A DNA stretch of 64,000 nucleotides from Deferrisomatales bacterium (GTDB lineage Bacteria > Desulfobacterota > Deferrisomatia > Deferrisomatales > JACRMM01): contig JAWSUI010000002.1 of the NCBI GenBank assembly GCA_033551855.1, positions 96,001-160,000 on the forward strand. The letters are read 5' to 3'. The translations under genes were made by a program, and so were the position numbers. The notes beneath the pieces were generated by a model that was given only the letters and a program-made list of their open reading frames with translations, searched no databases and was not told where the DNA came from. Within the stretch, counting starts at the first letter, position 1. Each line of letters opens with the position of its first letter. Of the stretch, positions 9,839 through 19,908 are shown piece after piece.

Positions 9839-10659
9839 ACCCGGAGCGGCGTCCCCGGCCGCCCCTCACGGCCGGGGCGCTGGGCCGCCAGCAGAAGGCG
9901 GCGATCCTCCTGGCCAGCGGGCTCCTGGTGACGGCCCTCTATGCCTATCTTGCGGCCGCGCACCCGGGGGAGACCCTGCTGGGTCGGGCCGCGGCCGCGG
10001 GGCCGCAGGCCGGTCTCGGCCACCTGGGGCACGGGGCCCTGGGGCACGGCCCCGGGGCCTCGCTGCCGGCGGCGTCCGCCATGTGGATGGCCATGATGGT
10101 GGCCATGATGCTTCCCCCGGTGCTCCCCTGGATCTGGTTCTTCGCGGCCGCCACGCGCCCGACGGCCCCCGGCCGGCGCCTGTGGGGGCGCACCGTGGTC
10201 TTCGCGTCCGGCTACTTTGCCCTGTGGGCGCTCTACAGCGTCTCCGCCGCAGGGGCACAGACGGGGCTGGCGGCCCGGGCCCTCCTCCACCCCACGGCGC
10301 TCAAGGTCGCTCCGGCGGCCGGGGGGGTGCTCCTCCTTCTCGCGGGGGCGATCCAGTTCTCCCCCCTCAAGAGCGCGTGCCTCAAACACTGCCGCTCCCC
10401 CGTGGGCTACTTCCTGACCCGGTGGCGGGACGGCCCTCGGGGCGCCTTCTCCATGGGGTTTCGCCACGGGCTCTACTGCCTGGGGTGCTGCTGGGCGCTC
10501 ATGGCCCTGGCCTTCGCGCTGGGCACCATGAACCTCGTGTGGATGGCGGCCGTCAGCCTGCTCCTGTGCGTGGAGAAGATCGCCCCGGGGGGGGAGCGAT
10601 GGAGCAAGGTCTTCGGCGTGGGCCTCCTCGCCTGGGGCGCGGCCCTGCTCCTCGGGTAG
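9835..10659 (+). CDS. DUF2182-family metal-binding membrane protein
   Basis: MWMAMMVAMMLP, QFSPLKSACLKHCRSP, GLYCLGCCWALM, MNLVWM, EK. Confidence 0.88.
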   Translation: MNPERRPRPPLTAGALGRQQKAAILLASGLLVTALYAYLAAAHPGETLLGRAAAAGPQAGLGHLGHGALGHGPGASLPAASAMWMAMMVAMMLPPVLPWIWFFAAATRPTAPGRRLWGRTVVFASGYFALWALYSVSAAGAQTGLAARALLHPTALKVAPAAGGVLLLLAGAIQFSPLKSACLKHCRSPVGYFLTRWRDGPRGAFSMGFRHGLYCLGCCWALMALAFALGTMNLVWMAAVSLLLCVEKIAPGGERWSKVFGVGLLAWGAALLLG

Positions 10660-10807
10660 CGGGGGACTCTCGGGCTCATCCGGGAAACGGCAGGGTGTGG
10701 TTGAGGCCGCCCGCTCCGGCGGCCCATGCCGCACGGCCCGACCCGTGCAAACCCTCCGGCCTCCCGGTCTGCCGGATGGAGTCGCGGGTCCCAGAGCGAA
10801 CCCGTCA

Positions 10808-10873
10808 TCGAACGGCCGTCTTCCTGCGCGGCCGGACGCACCCGACCGTTCCTGGGAACGAGGCCGCCGTCAT
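10808..10873 (-). repeat. Copy 2 of the 66-bp degenerate inverted repeat
   Basis: See 8910-8975. Confidence 0.75.
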
Positions 10874-10931
10874 CCCACGCAAGGGACTTTTCTTGCCGGC
10901 AGGCCCGGGCCGGGCCTACCCCGAGCCGCGG

Positions 10932-12026
10932 CTACCTCCCGGCGGGGAAGAGGTCCGCGTAGCGTCCGTGCCCCTCCCCCTCCAGGTCCACGGCCGGGAC
11001 GAACCGCAGCGCCGCGGAGTTGATGCAGTAGCGCCTGCCGGTCGGGGGCGGGCCGTCGGGGAAGACGTGACCCAGGTGGGAGTCGGCCCCCCGGCTTCGC
11101 ACCTCGACCCGGGTCACGAAGAAGCTCCGGTCCTCGAGCTCCACCACGTTCCCGGGCTCCAGGGCGCGGGTGAAGCTCGGCCACCCCGTGCCGGAGTCGT
11201 ACTTGTCCAGGGAGCTGAACAGCGGCTCGCCGGAGACGACATCGACGTAGATCCCGGCCTGCTCGTGATTCCAGTAGGCGTTGTCGAAGGGGGGCTCGGT
11301 CCCGTCCTCCTGGGTGACCCGATACTGGAGGGGCGTCAGGCGGCGGCGCAGCTCCTCGGCGGGGGGCTTCGCGGCGCCGCGGGCTTCCTGCGGGGGCGCG
11401 CCTGCGGGCGGCGCCGCGGCTCCCTCTCCCCACACCTTCCCGAGGAACTGGTCCCGGCCCGAGCTCCAGCGGTAGTACAGGTACCTGAGGGAGTGGGTCC
11501 TGTGGTAGTCCTGATGATACTCCTCGGCCCGGTAGAATGCGGTCAGGGGCACGATCTCGGTGACGATGGGCCTTGCGAACCGCCCGGAACGGGCCAGAGC
11601 GTCACGGGACTCCTCCGCCAAGCGCTTCTGCTCGTCGTCGGCGTAGAAGATGGCCGTGCGGTACTGGGGACCCCGGTCCACGAACTGTCCTCCCGGGTCC
11701 GTCGGGTCCACGTGCCGCCAGAAGACGTCGAGCAACTCGCGGTAGGACACGCGGCCTGGGTCGTAGGTCACCTGCACCACCTCCAGATGGCCGGTGTCGC
11801 CCCCGATCACCTGCTCGTAGGTGGGGTTGGGCACGTGCCCGCCCGCGTAACCCGAAACCACCTCGAGCACGCCCGTGACCTTCTCGAAGTCGGCTTCCGT
11901 GCACCAGAAACAGCCGCCGGCAAAGGTGGCGGTGGCGGGGCCGTCGCCCTCGGCGGAGGAGCCCGCGGGGCCGGCGCCCCACGCGGCGGCGAACAGCACT
12001 GCAGCAAGAGCGATGTGAAACGTCAT
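10932..12026 (-). CDS. msrAB: Exported bifunctional methionine sulfoxide reductase MsrA/MsrB
   Basis: Signal peptide; [16 protein letters not shown] (MsrA); [30 protein letters not shown] (MsrB); GGAGGTG RBS. Confidence 0.95.
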   Translation of the reverse strand: MTFHIALAAVLFAAAWGAGPAGSSAEGDGPATATFAGGCFWCTEADFEKVTGVLEVVSGYAGGHVPNPTYEQVIGGDTGHLEVVQVTYDPGRVSYRELLDVFWRHVDPTDPGGQFVDRGPQYRTAIFYADDEQKRLAEESRDALARSGRFARPIVTEIVPLTAFYRAEEYHQDYHRTHSLRYLYYRWSSGRDQFLGKVWGEGAAAPPAGAPPQEARGAAKPPAEELRRRLTPLQYRVTQEDGTEPPFDNAYWNHEQAGIYVDVVSGEPLFSSLDKYDSGTGWPSFTRALEPGNVVELEDRSFFVTRVEVRSRGADSHLGHVFPDGPPPTGRRYCINSAALRFVPAVDLEGEGHGRYADLFPAGR

Positions 12027-12199
12027 GGGGTACACCTCCGCGGGCGGTCTGCGGGGGAGCCCGGCTGCCTCCCCTCCCTCGCCCTTCGCCACACAGCATA
12101 ACCACTGCCGCCTGCGCCGGCTCCCGAGAAGGGGGCAAGGGTGTGGGGAGGTCGGGGCGGGGGAGAGGGGGGTGAGGCGGTCGGGCTTGGAGGCGGGTT

Positions 12200-13435
12200 C
12201 TAGACGGGGCGCACGGCGCAGTATTTCTTCTTGCCGGCCCGCAGGAGCACCGCCCCGTCCCGGAGGTCGGCCGTGGTGATCCGCCGGTCCAGAGCGGTCA
12301 ACGGTTCGCTGTTCACGTAGGCGCCGCCCTGCTGGATCAAGCGCCTAGCCTCACCGCGGCTCTTGGCGAGACCGACCTCCGCGAAGAGCACGAACGCCTC
12401 GACCCCGGCCTCCAGCGCTGCAAGGGGCACCTCGTGAGAGGGGACTTGGGCCAGGTCGCCGCCCCCTGCGAAGAGGGCCCTGCTGGCGGCGCGGGCCTTC
12501 GCGGCCTCCTCCTCCCCGTGGATGATCGCCGTCACTTCGTAGGCCAGTACCTCCTTGGCGGCGCGGAGCTCGGCGCCCCCCAGGGACGCGAGGCGCCGCA
12601 CCTCCCCCATGGGGAGGAAGGTGAAGAGCCCGAGGAAGCGCCCCACGTCCGGGTCCTCGGTGTTGATCCAGTACTGGTAGAAGTCGTACGGGCTCGTGCG
12701 GTCCGCCGCGAGCCACACCGCCCCTTGGGCGGTCTTGCCCATCTTCGCCCCCGAAGACGTGGTGATGAGCGGAAAGGTGAGGGCGTGGGCGGTCTTGCCC
12801 TCGACGCGCCGGATCAGGTCCACCCCGGCCAGGATGTTCCCCCACTGGTCGTTGCCCCCCATCTGGAGCGCGCAGCCGTGCGTCTGGTGGAGGACCAGAA
12901 AATCGTAGGCCTGGAGCAGCATGTAGTTGAATTCGATGAAGTTCAGGCCGGTCTCGAGGCGCTGTCTGTAGGACTCGGCCGCGAGCATCCGGTTGACGGA
13001 AAAGTGGATGCCGATGTCCCGGAGAAACTCGATGTAGTTGAGCGGGACGAGCCAGTCGGCGTTGTTGAGGAGCAGGGCGCCTGTCTCGAAGTCGAGGACC
13101 CGTGCGAGCTGCGCTCGGATGCCCAAGCCGTTCTGCTCGATCTCCTCACGGGTGAGCATCTTGCGCAATTCGGTCCTCCCCGAGGGGTCGCCGATCAGGG
13201 TGGTGCCGCCTCCCAGGAGCGCGATGGGGCGGTGCCCGGCCCGTTGCATGTGCGCCAGCCCCATCACCGGCAGGAGATGCCCGACGTGGAGGCTCGAGGC
13301 GGTGGGGTCGAAACCGACATAGCAGGTCAGCGGCGCGACGGACGGCCTGCCGAGGGCCTCCCGCAGCTCCCCCTCGTCGGTGGACTGCTCCAGGAAACCG
13401 CGCTCCCGGAGGGTGTCGAAGACGTGTTGGGCCAT
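12200..13435 (-). CDS. tyrS: Tyrosine--tRNA ligase
   Basis: [32 protein letters not shown]-terminal S4 domain. Confidence 0.97.
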   Translation of the reverse strand: MAQHVFDTLRERGFLEQSTDEGELREALGRPSVAPLTCYVGFDPTASSLHVGHLLPVMGLAHMQRAGHRPIALLGGGTTLIGDPSGRTELRKMLTREEIEQNGLGIRAQLARVLDFETGALLLNNADWLVPLNYIEFLRDIGIHFSVNRMLAAESYRQRLETGLNFIEFNYMLLQAYDFLVLHQTHGCALQMGGNDQWGNILAGVDLIRRVEGKTAHALTFPLITTSSGAKMGKTAQGAVWLAADRTSPYDFYQYWINTEDPDVGRFLGLFTFLPMGEVRRLASLGGAELRAAKEVLAYEVTAIIHGEEEAAKARAASRALFAGGGDLAQVPSHEVPLAALEAGVEAFVLFAEVGLAKSRGEARRLIQQGGAYVNSEPLTALDRRITTADLRDGAVLLRAGKKKYCAVRPV

Positions 13436-13466
13436 GGGCTCGCTCCTTCGGATCTGGGGACGGCGA

Positions 13467-13495
13467 ATCATAGCAACGGCCCTAGGGGCGGTCAA
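13467..13495 (-). promoter_or_regulatory. Sigma-70 promoter of tyrS
   Basis: TTGACC-17 nt-TATGAT with extended -10 TG. Confidence 0.7.
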
Positions 13496-13594
13496 CGGCG
13501 GGTCCATGCAGGGCGGTTGGACGGGGCCGGAGAGCGTGCTATATAGCAGGAGTGCCCCGCCTGCTCGGGCGGGTGCGGCCGAGCCGGGTGCGCC

Positions 13595-14752
13595 ATGGAC
13601 CGACCCCTGGAGCCGGGGCCCACGCGGGCCGAGGTGCTGCGCACTTACTGCCTCGTCGACTTCGCGGCGCGCCGGCAGCCGGGGTTTCGCAACCACCTGG
13701 TGCCCGTGGGCCGGATCGCCGAGCTGACAGGGCGCTACGGGGCCTACGGGTGCTACGCCACCTTCTATCTGTACGACGAGGCCGTCCGTGCCCACGCCCG
13801 CTCCCGGGGCACACAGGGCCGGCCGTCGGTGGCGGGGTACGGGGGTCCGGTGTACGCCCCGGTGTGGCCCCTGGACATCGATGCGCCCGACCTGGAAGTG
13901 GCCCTGGAGGCGGCGCGGGCCGTAGAGGCCCATCTGGAAGGGGCCTGGGGGCTTCCCCCGGAGGCGATGCGGCTCTACTTCAGCGGGAAGAAGGGGTTTC
14001 ACGTGACAGTCGACACGCGGCTCTTCCGCGCGCCGACCCCTTCCCGAGCGGCACCGGAGCTTCTGCACCGGCTCACCCGCCGCTTGGCCCGGGAGCTCGG
14101 CGTCCCGGGGTCGGGCTCCCTGGATCTCTCCCTTCGGGACCGGGTGCGGCTGCTGCGTCTGCCCAATACCCGCCACGAGGAGAGCGGGCTCTTCAAGACC
14201 CCTCTGGCGCCGGACGAGCTGCGCTCCCTGGGAGTGGATGGGATTCGGCGGCTGGCGCGCACGCCTCGGCCCCTCTGGCGGGTGGACCCTTCGGGGCTCC
14301 TCTTCGGGGGCTCGGCCGTCGTGCTGCCCCGGGCGCGGGCCGTCCTGGAGGAGGTGGCTGCGGAGAGCGGCCCTTCGCCCCCGCCGCCAGCGAAATGCCT
14401 GGGCGGCGGCGCCCGCGACGAGGTGCTGGCGTGCCCTGCCCGGCGCGCTCTCCTGGAGGCGCCGGCCCCGGCGGGGCAGCGCAACAACACGGCCATTCGC
14501 CTGGCCTCCTGGCTCCGGGAGGGGGGGTGGGGGGAGGAAACCGTGGCCGCGCGCATGGACGAGTGGAACCGGGCCAACCCCGCACCGCTAGGGGAGGACG
14601 AGGTGCGCCACGTCGTCCGCTCGGCCTTCGCCGGCCGGCAGCCGTACCGTTACGGCTGCCGGGACGCCCTGATCGAGCCCCACTGTCCCCGCGACGTCCG
14701 GGAGCGGGGGCGCTGTCCCTATCATCAGGGGCAGGAAAGGAGCAGCCCGTGA
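13595..14752 (+). CDS. Archaeo-eukaryotic primase (AEP/PrimPol) with PriCT-like Cys-containing C-terminal domain
   Basis: Motif I LDID, motif II FSGKKGFHV, motif III D......RLLRLPNTRH; GQRNN...EWN....PL...EV...V.SA; C-terminal YGC, HC, RCP. Confidence 0.85.
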   Translation: MDRPLEPGPTRAEVLRTYCLVDFAARRQPGFRNHLVPVGRIAELTGRYGAYGCYATFYLYDEAVRAHARSRGTQGRPSVAGYGGPVYAPVWPLDIDAPDLEVALEAARAVEAHLEGAWGLPPEAMRLYFSGKKGFHVTVDTRLFRAPTPSRAAPELLHRLTRRLARELGVPGSGSLDLSLRDRVRLLRLPNTRHEESGLFKTPLAPDELRSLGVDGIRRLARTPRPLWRVDPSGLLFGGSAVVLPRARAVLEEVAAESGPSPPPPAKCLGGGARDEVLACPARRALLEAPAPAGQRNNTAIRLASWLREGGWGEETVAARMDEWNRANPAPLGEDEVRHVVRSAFAGRQPYRYGCRDALIEPHCPRDVRERGRCPYHQGQERSSP

Positions 14753-15513
14753 GGCAGGCGCTGGATGTGCTCTGCGTTGGTGCCACCCACGCGGAGGTTC
14801 GGGCGCTGGAAGCGGAGCTCGCGAGGTCCCAGGCGTGCCGGGCGGCGGGGCGGCCCTGCCGCTGGGGGCGGATCGGGGAGTTGCGCGTCGGGGTCCTGGT
14901 CACCGGGGTGGGGAAGGCCAATGCGGCCCTCACCCTTGGAGAGGCCCTGGGGTCGGTTCGCCCTGCTCTGGTGCTCGCTGTGGGGGTAGGGGGAGCCTAC
15001 CCGTCTTCGGGACTGGGGGTCGGCGAGGTGGCCGCCGCTACCGAGGAGATCTACGGGGACGAAGGGGTCGAGACCGCCGAGGGTTTTCTGGGGATGGAGG
15101 AGCTCGCTCTGCCCCTCTGGGAGGACGCCGAGACGCGCCGCTTCAACCGTTTCCCCGCCGATGCGCGGGTCGTGACGGCCCTTCGCGGCGCCGGCGCCGG
15201 CGGCGTGCCCCTCCGGACCGGCCCTTTCGTGACCCTGTCCACGGTGACCGGCACCCAGACCCGGGCCCAGGAGCTGCAGCGCAGGTTCGGGGGGGTGTGC
15301 GAGACCATGGAGGGCGCGGCCTTCGCCCACGCTGCCGCGGTGCATCGCCTCGCCTTTGGGGAGGTCCGGGGCGTCTCCAACCCGGTGGGGCCCCGGGAGC
15401 GGGACGCCTGGCAGGTGGAGGCCGCGGCGGCCGCGGCGCAAGACGTGGTGTTGCGGTTCCTGGCCCAGTGGTGCCCGGAGGCCGCGGAGAGACGGCCGGG
15501 CGCTGAGGATTGA
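14749..15513 (+). CDS. mqnB: Futalosine hydrolase (MTA/SAH nucleosidase family)
   Basis: TGVGKANAA, GVGGAY, EEIYGDEGV, TVTGT, ETMEGAA, EVRGVSNPVG.R...W; adjacent to mqnD. Confidence 0.88.
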   Translation: MRQALDVLCVGATHAEVRALEAELARSQACRAAGRPCRWGRIGELRVGVLVTGVGKANAALTLGEALGSVRPALVLAVGVGGAYPSSGLGVGEVAAATEEIYGDEGVETAEGFLGMEELALPLWEDAETRRFNRFPADARVVTALRGAGAGGVPLRTGPFVTLSTVTGTQTRAQELQRRFGGVCETMEGAAFAHAAAVHRLAFGEVRGVSNPVGPRERDAWQVEAAAAAAQDVVLRFLAQWCPEAAERRPGAED

Positions 15514-15551
15514 CGCCCCGGTGCGAGGGCGCGGGCCGGGAAGGAGCGAGC

Positions 15552-16394
15552 GTGGGACGCACCATCGGGGTGGGCTACTCCCCCTGCCCCAATGACACCT
15601 TTCTCTTCCATGCGCTGGTGCACGGGCTGGTCGACACCGAGGGGTACCGTTTCGAGCCGGTGCTCGAGGACGTGGAGACGCTGAACCGTTGGGCGCTGGA
15701 GGCGAGGCTCCCCCTGACGAAGGCGAGCTTCGGGGTGCTCGGACAAGTCCGGCGCCGCTACTGGTGCCTTCGGTCCGGCGGGGCCCTGGGGTGGGGGTGC
15801 GGGCCCCTGCTGGTGGCCCGGGAGGCCAGGCCGCTGGAGGAGCTCGTGCGGACGCCGGTCCTCGTGCCGGGGCTCCACACGACGGCCAACCTGCTCCTGA
15901 CCCTGCGGGCCGGACGGGCCGTGGAACGCCTGCCCCGGGTGTTCCACGAGGTGATGCCGGCCGTAGCCCGCGGGGAGGCTGCTTCCGGGGTGATCATCCA
16001 CGAGGGGCGCTTCACCTATCACCGGCACGGGCTCGTCGCGGTGGAGGACCTGGGGGCTTGGTGGGAGCGCGAGACCGGGCTCCCCATCCCCCTGGGAGGG
16101 ATCCTGCTCCGACGGGGGGAGGCGGGGGTGGACCCCGCGGTCGTGCAGCGGGCGGTGCGGCGCAGCGTGGAGCACGCCCTGGCGCACCCCGACGCACCCA
16201 TGCCGTACGTGCGCAGTCACGCCCAGGAGTTGGAGGACGGGGTCATCCGGGACCACATCCGTCTCTACGTGAACGACTTTTCCCGGGACCTGGGGGAGCG
16301 GGGAATCCGGGCCGTGGAAGAGCTCCTGCAGGCGGCGGCCCCCGGGGACGGGGGGGAGGCGCCGGAGACCCTGTTTCCCCCCGCGGACCCGTGA
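15552..16394 (+). CDS. mqnD: 1,4-dihydroxy-6-naphthoate synthase
   Basis: GYSPCPNDTF, DVETLN, GGALGWGCGP, IIHEGRFTY, LPIPLG, HIRLYVNDFS. Confidence 0.95.
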   Translation: MGRTIGVGYSPCPNDTFLFHALVHGLVDTEGYRFEPVLEDVETLNRWALEARLPLTKASFGVLGQVRRRYWCLRSGGALGWGCGPLLVAREARPLEELVRTPVLVPGLHTTANLLLTLRAGRAVERLPRVFHEVMPAVARGEAASGVIIHEGRFTYHRHGLVAVEDLGAWWERETGLPIPLGGILLRRGEAGVDPAVVQRAVRRSVEHALAHPDAPMPYVRSHAQELEDGVIRDHIRLYVNDFSRDLGERGIRAVEELLQAAAPGDGGEAPETLFPPADP

Positions 16395-17200
16395 GCGGGG
16401 CCCAGGGCTTCGGCGGCCCCCGAGCCGTGTCTCCGGTGGTGCTCGTGCACGGGCTGGGAGTCGATCACCGCATGTGGTCCCTGCAGGTGCCGCACCTGCA
16501 GCAGGTGGGCCCCGTGTGGGCCCCGGATCTGCCGGGGTTCGGCGCGTGCCCGCCCCTGCCGGTCGAGCGACGCACGCCGGAGGGGTACGTGGACTGGCTC
16601 GCCGCCCGCCTCCGGGAGCGGGGCGCCGGCGCCGTCCACGTGGCCGGTTACTCGATGGGAGGAACCCTCGCCCTGCTCCTGGCTCTCCGGCATCCCCGGA
16701 GGGTTCGCAGCCTGGCCCTGTGCTGTTCCTCCCCCTGCTGGGGCCGGGGTGCGCGGCACGCGGCGGCCTTCGCTTTCGGGGCGCTGGGCGGCAGGTTCGC
16801 CATGGAGGTCTTTGTGCGATCGGTGGAGTGGGGGTTCGCGCGTTACAGCGCCGATCCGGGGCTGAGGGCCGAGGTGGCCGCCATGGTCCGGGGGGCCGAT
16901 CGGGCCACCATGCTCTCGCTCTACCACTCGCTGGCCGGGACCGACCTCCGGGCGGAGGTGCCGCGGGTGGCCGCCCCGGCGCTCGTGGTGGGCGGGACGC
17001 GAGACTGGCTGGCTCCTCCGTCCCACCAGAAGCTTCTGGCCCGGGCGCTGCCCCGTGCCGAGCTGCGGCTCGTGAAGGGCGGGAACCACATGTTGTGCGC
17101 GGCGCAACCCGAGGAGTTTGGCGGCCTCCTGCGGCGCTTCTTCCGGGACGCGGGAGAGGGCCCCGTTGGGCCGGGAAAGGCGGCGTGGCCGGGATGGTGA
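16391..17200 (+). CDS. Alpha/beta fold hydrolase
   Basis: VLVHGLG, PDLPGFG, GYSMGG nucleophile elbow, G..D, H; GTGA overlap with mqnD. Confidence 0.9.
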   Translation: MSGAQGFGGPRAVSPVVLVHGLGVDHRMWSLQVPHLQQVGPVWAPDLPGFGACPPLPVERRTPEGYVDWLAARLRERGAGAVHVAGYSMGGTLALLLALRHPRRVRSLALCCSSPCWGRGARHAAAFAFGALGGRFAMEVFVRSVEWGFARYSADPGLRAEVAAMVRGADRATMLSLYHSLAGTDLRAEVPRVAAPALVVGGTRDWLAPPSHQKLLARALPRAELRLVKGGNHMLCAAQPEEFGGLLRRFFRDAGEGPVGPGKAAWPGW

Positions 17201-17730
17201 ACGAAGAGGTCAAGCGGTTCCTTCGGGGGCGGGACTTCGCGGTCCTGTGCGTGGTGCTCGACCTGGGGGGGGGCCCCGAGGCCGTGGTGGTGGTCAAGTC
17301 CACCGCCGACCTCCTGGCCGGCCTCCGGCTGGCGCAGGCCCCGGTGGAGATGGGGTGGGCGCTGGAGCGGACGCCCCATGGACCGGTGCTCTGCCTGGTC
17401 GTCCGTTGTGCCGGCGACGGGGTGGGGGAGTTGGCCGGGGAGGCGTATTTCGATCCTGCGGACCAAGAGGATCTGAGCCTCCTCGAGCGCCTCGCCGGGC
17501 AGGAACGGGTGCGGGCGGCCTTCCTGGACGAGGAGCTCCAACCTGTGTGGCTGGCGGAGGAAGAGTGGGACGAGGTGCGCCGTCTGGAGACCGAGCAGGT
17601 GCGGGACCGGTTGGAGGAGCTCCGGGAAAGGTGCCGGCAGTACGACTTCGAGGCGGCGAAACGGGCCTTCCAGGACGAGCTTCCTCTGGCACGCCTCCTG
17701 GACCGAGTCTTCCGGGGCTCCCGGCCGTAG
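17194..17730 (+). CDS. Hypothetical protein
   Basis: Overlaps previous stop; globular composition (MVNEEVKRFLRG...). Confidence 0.7.
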   Translation: MVNEEVKRFLRGRDFAVLCVVLDLGGGPEAVVVVKSTADLLAGLRLAQAPVEMGWALERTPHGPVLCLVVRCAGDGVGELAGEAYFDPADQEDLSLLERLAGQERVRAAFLDEELQPVWLAEEEWDEVRRLETEQVRDRLEELRERCRQYDFEAAKRAFQDELPLARLLDRVFRGSRP

Positions 17731-17905
17731 GGGCAGGAGGTGGGCCTGCCCGGCCGCCTCTCCTCTCCGAAAGCCTGTGAAACCATCTGCCGTGCGACCG
17801 GGTTGCGCCGCCGCGTCCTCCTCGCCTATTTGCCGGATATGTCTAGTGGTTCGCTCCTGGCGGCCCTGGACTCTCGTCTGCTCGCCGCGGTTCTCTCTCG
17901 GGCTC

Positions 17906-18820
17906 TCACCGGGGCTCGAAGCCTCCCTTCGCCCGGTTCCACTCGTACACGGACGCTCCCCAGAGCCGGCGGAGGTCGGCCGGGTCCATCCCGAGCCCTT
18001 GGGCTGCCTCGAGGCGTTCCAGCGCGTCGAGGACCTCCGCGTCGCTGATCTGGAAGTCGGCGTTCTGGTCGGCCCAGTGCACGAACTCGAGGTCGATCCG
18101 GCTCTCCCCGCGCACCGGGATCCCGCTCCCTTCCGCACCGGGTGGCACCACTTCCCCCGAAAAACGGTGGGCCGATCCTTCCGCACCGTCGGCCGGGGCT
18201 CGGACGAGGTAGGCAAGCCGATTGGTCCCGTCCTCCAGGGGGAGGATCCACTTGAGGATCCCGTCCGGGGTGGGCCCCTGATCGGGGTCCGGCACCGCGC
18301 CCAGAAGGGTCCAGTCCGGCGGCAGGGTCTCCCGGAGCACCACCCGCTGGGGGGACCCCGAGACCGCTCGCAGGTGCACCACCACCGGCACTTCCGTGCC
18401 GGGTGGCGTGTAGGACGGTAGCCGGCGCATCGCCTCGACGACGACGAGGGGGGGCGGGCTGATCCAATGCCATGCCGCCCAGAGTCCCAGGAGGCCGAGG
18501 GCGGCCGCCCCCGCCAGCCAGGGCAGGAGCCGCCGGGGCTGGCCCTCGGCGGCCCCCTCGGCGCCGGTGCCCCACGCGTCTGCCTCCGGTTCCTCCAACA
18601 GGAGATCCTCGAGCGGGCTTTCCAGGGCGTCGGCCAGGGCTTGGGCGTTTTCCCGTTTCACCGCGGGCGTTCGATTGTTCTCCCACCGGCTCACCGTGTC
18701 CACGCTGACCTTGGCCACCTCGGCCACGTAGAGCTGGGTGAGACCCTTGGCCTCCCGCAGCAGGCGCACTTTGTCGCCGTCGAGCCTCACCGTGGGGGGT
18801 TTGCGAACCAGCGATGTCAT
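17906..18820 (-). CDS. Membrane-anchored XRE-family HTH protein with extracytoplasmic domain
   Basis: LREAKGLTQLYVA...SVDTVSRWEN HTH; one TM (LLPWLAGAAALGLLGLWAAW); C-terminal EF-hand-like DQNADFQISDAE. Confidence 0.85.
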   Translation of the reverse strand: MTSLVRKPPTVRLDGDKVRLLREAKGLTQLYVAEVAKVSVDTVSRWENNRTPAVKRENAQALADALESPLEDLLLEEPEADAWGTGAEGAAEGQPRRLLPWLAGAAALGLLGLWAAWHWISPPPLVVVEAMRRLPSYTPPGTEVPVVVHLRAVSGSPQRVVLRETLPPDWTLLGAVPDPDQGPTPDGILKWILPLEDGTNRLAYLVRAPADGAEGSAHRFSGEVVPPGAEGSGIPVRGESRIDLEFVHWADQNADFQISDAEVLDALERLEAAQGLGMDPADLRRLWGASVYEWNRAKGGFEPR

Positions 18821-19111
18821 GGGCCGCTTCCTGTGTCCCTTCCGAGTCCTGGGCGTGTCGTCCTCGAGGTCGGCGAGGGGAAACCTACCAGAGTCACGCC
18901 CCGGCGTCATCCCGTAACCCCCCCTTTGGATTCCCCGCATGGGCGGTGTCACCGGTGGCGAACCCGGCCCTGCCCGGCCCGACGCAGACCCGATGCGGGC
19001 CGGCGCCGGGCCGCGTACGCCCCGATGCGGGTGGCGGAGGGCGCGAGCAGGCCGTATAGAAGGGGCAAGGGCGGAATTCACCGCCCCGACGTTCTGCAGA
19101 GGAGGCACACG

Positions 19112-19468
19112 ATGAACCAGCGATACCTGCCCCTGACCGTGCTCGCCGTGGCGGCCCTGACCTTTGGTCTCGCGTGGGCGGCCAGCCCGCCGGCCCAGCC
19201 GGCCCCCGTGACCAACTTCGGAAAGAAGGCTCCGGTGATCTTCGATCACGCGCTCCATGCGGGAGAAGGGTTCACCTGCGTGCAGTGCCACCACAACGAG
19301 GCCGAGGGCGAGTATCGCTGCGGCCAGTGTCACAAGCTCGAGACCGAGGGCGGTGTCTTGAGGATCCAGGATGCGTTCCACGGCAAGGACGTCGGTGTGT
19401 GCTGGAGCTGCCATCGGGCTCCGGAGGGGACCCACAAGCTCAAGTGCAACGACTGCCACCGGGAGTGA
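19112..19468 (+). CDS. Tetrahaem cytochrome c3 (class III)
   Basis: Signal peptide, V.FDH..H, four CxxCH (CVQCHH, CGQCH, CWSCH, CNDCH), DAFH; GGAGG RBS. Confidence 0.93.
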   Translation: MNQRYLPLTVLAVAALTFGLAWAASPPAQPAPVTNFGKKAPVIFDHALHAGEGFTCVQCHHNEAEGEYRCGQCHKLETEGGVLRIQDAFHGKDVGVCWSCHRAPEGTHKLKCNDCHRE

Positions 19469-19701
19469 CCTGTACTCCCGTCTCCCGCCCCGTCTTCCCC
19501 GGGATGTGCGGCCGCGGGGGCACCACATATCCGTGCCCCTGCGGCCCAAGGGGTCGTCGGACCCGCTCCCGCTCCCCTTCCGCCGGCCCGGTCACCGATA
19601 TGCGATGCGGCAGTTGCCCCTAGGGCCACGCCGAAGAGGTGTTCGATCCCGAACCTCCCGGTGGCCGCCCGGTAGCGTCTCTGCCCCCGAGGAGGGTCCC
19701 A

Positions 19702-19749
19702 GTGGCCTCCCTTCCACCCGAACCATTGGCGGGGTGGTGTCTTTTCCAC
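19702..19749 (+). promoter_or_regulatory. Putative UAS pair upstream of lpxC
   Basis: Two GTGG-N8-CCAC palindromes at 19702-19717 and 19734-19749 (32 bp apart). Confidence 0.55.
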
Positions 19750-19837
19750 CCCGGCGCCCGTGGGGAGCAGCCCTGCCGGAGCCTAACGTCCCGCCCGAAC
19801 ACGGTTTTCTGGTTCAGCCCCCTACCGCGCAAGCGGG

Positions 19838-19853
19838 TGGCACACACCTTGCT
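19838..19853 (+). promoter_or_regulatory. Sigma-54 promoter of lpxC
   Basis: TGGCAC-acacc-TTGCT, full -24/-12 consensus. Confidence 0.85.
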
Positions 19854-19908
19854 TAGTAACACCTCCTTGATGCGCGGGGGGTGGAACAGCGACGGCGTAG
19901 GAGGCCCC

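Noticed and set aside
12200..14176. Long N-terminal extensions in the ORF track (tyrS, lpxC, fbpA, SPFH, mqnB, XRE and others)
   Set aside because: Downstream starts have RBS or promoter support and match family N-termini; the extensions are low-complexity or overlap other genes.
13595..14752. Prophage, plasmid or CRISPR-associated (CAPP) context for the primase
   Set aside because: No integrase, helicase, phage structural gene, cas gene or array nearby; it is flanked by tyrS and mqnB.
17740..17900. tRNA-like or riboswitch-like text (gccggatatgtctagtggttcg)
   Set aside because: I could not build a cloverleaf, T-arm or CCA end, or a known riboswitch core.
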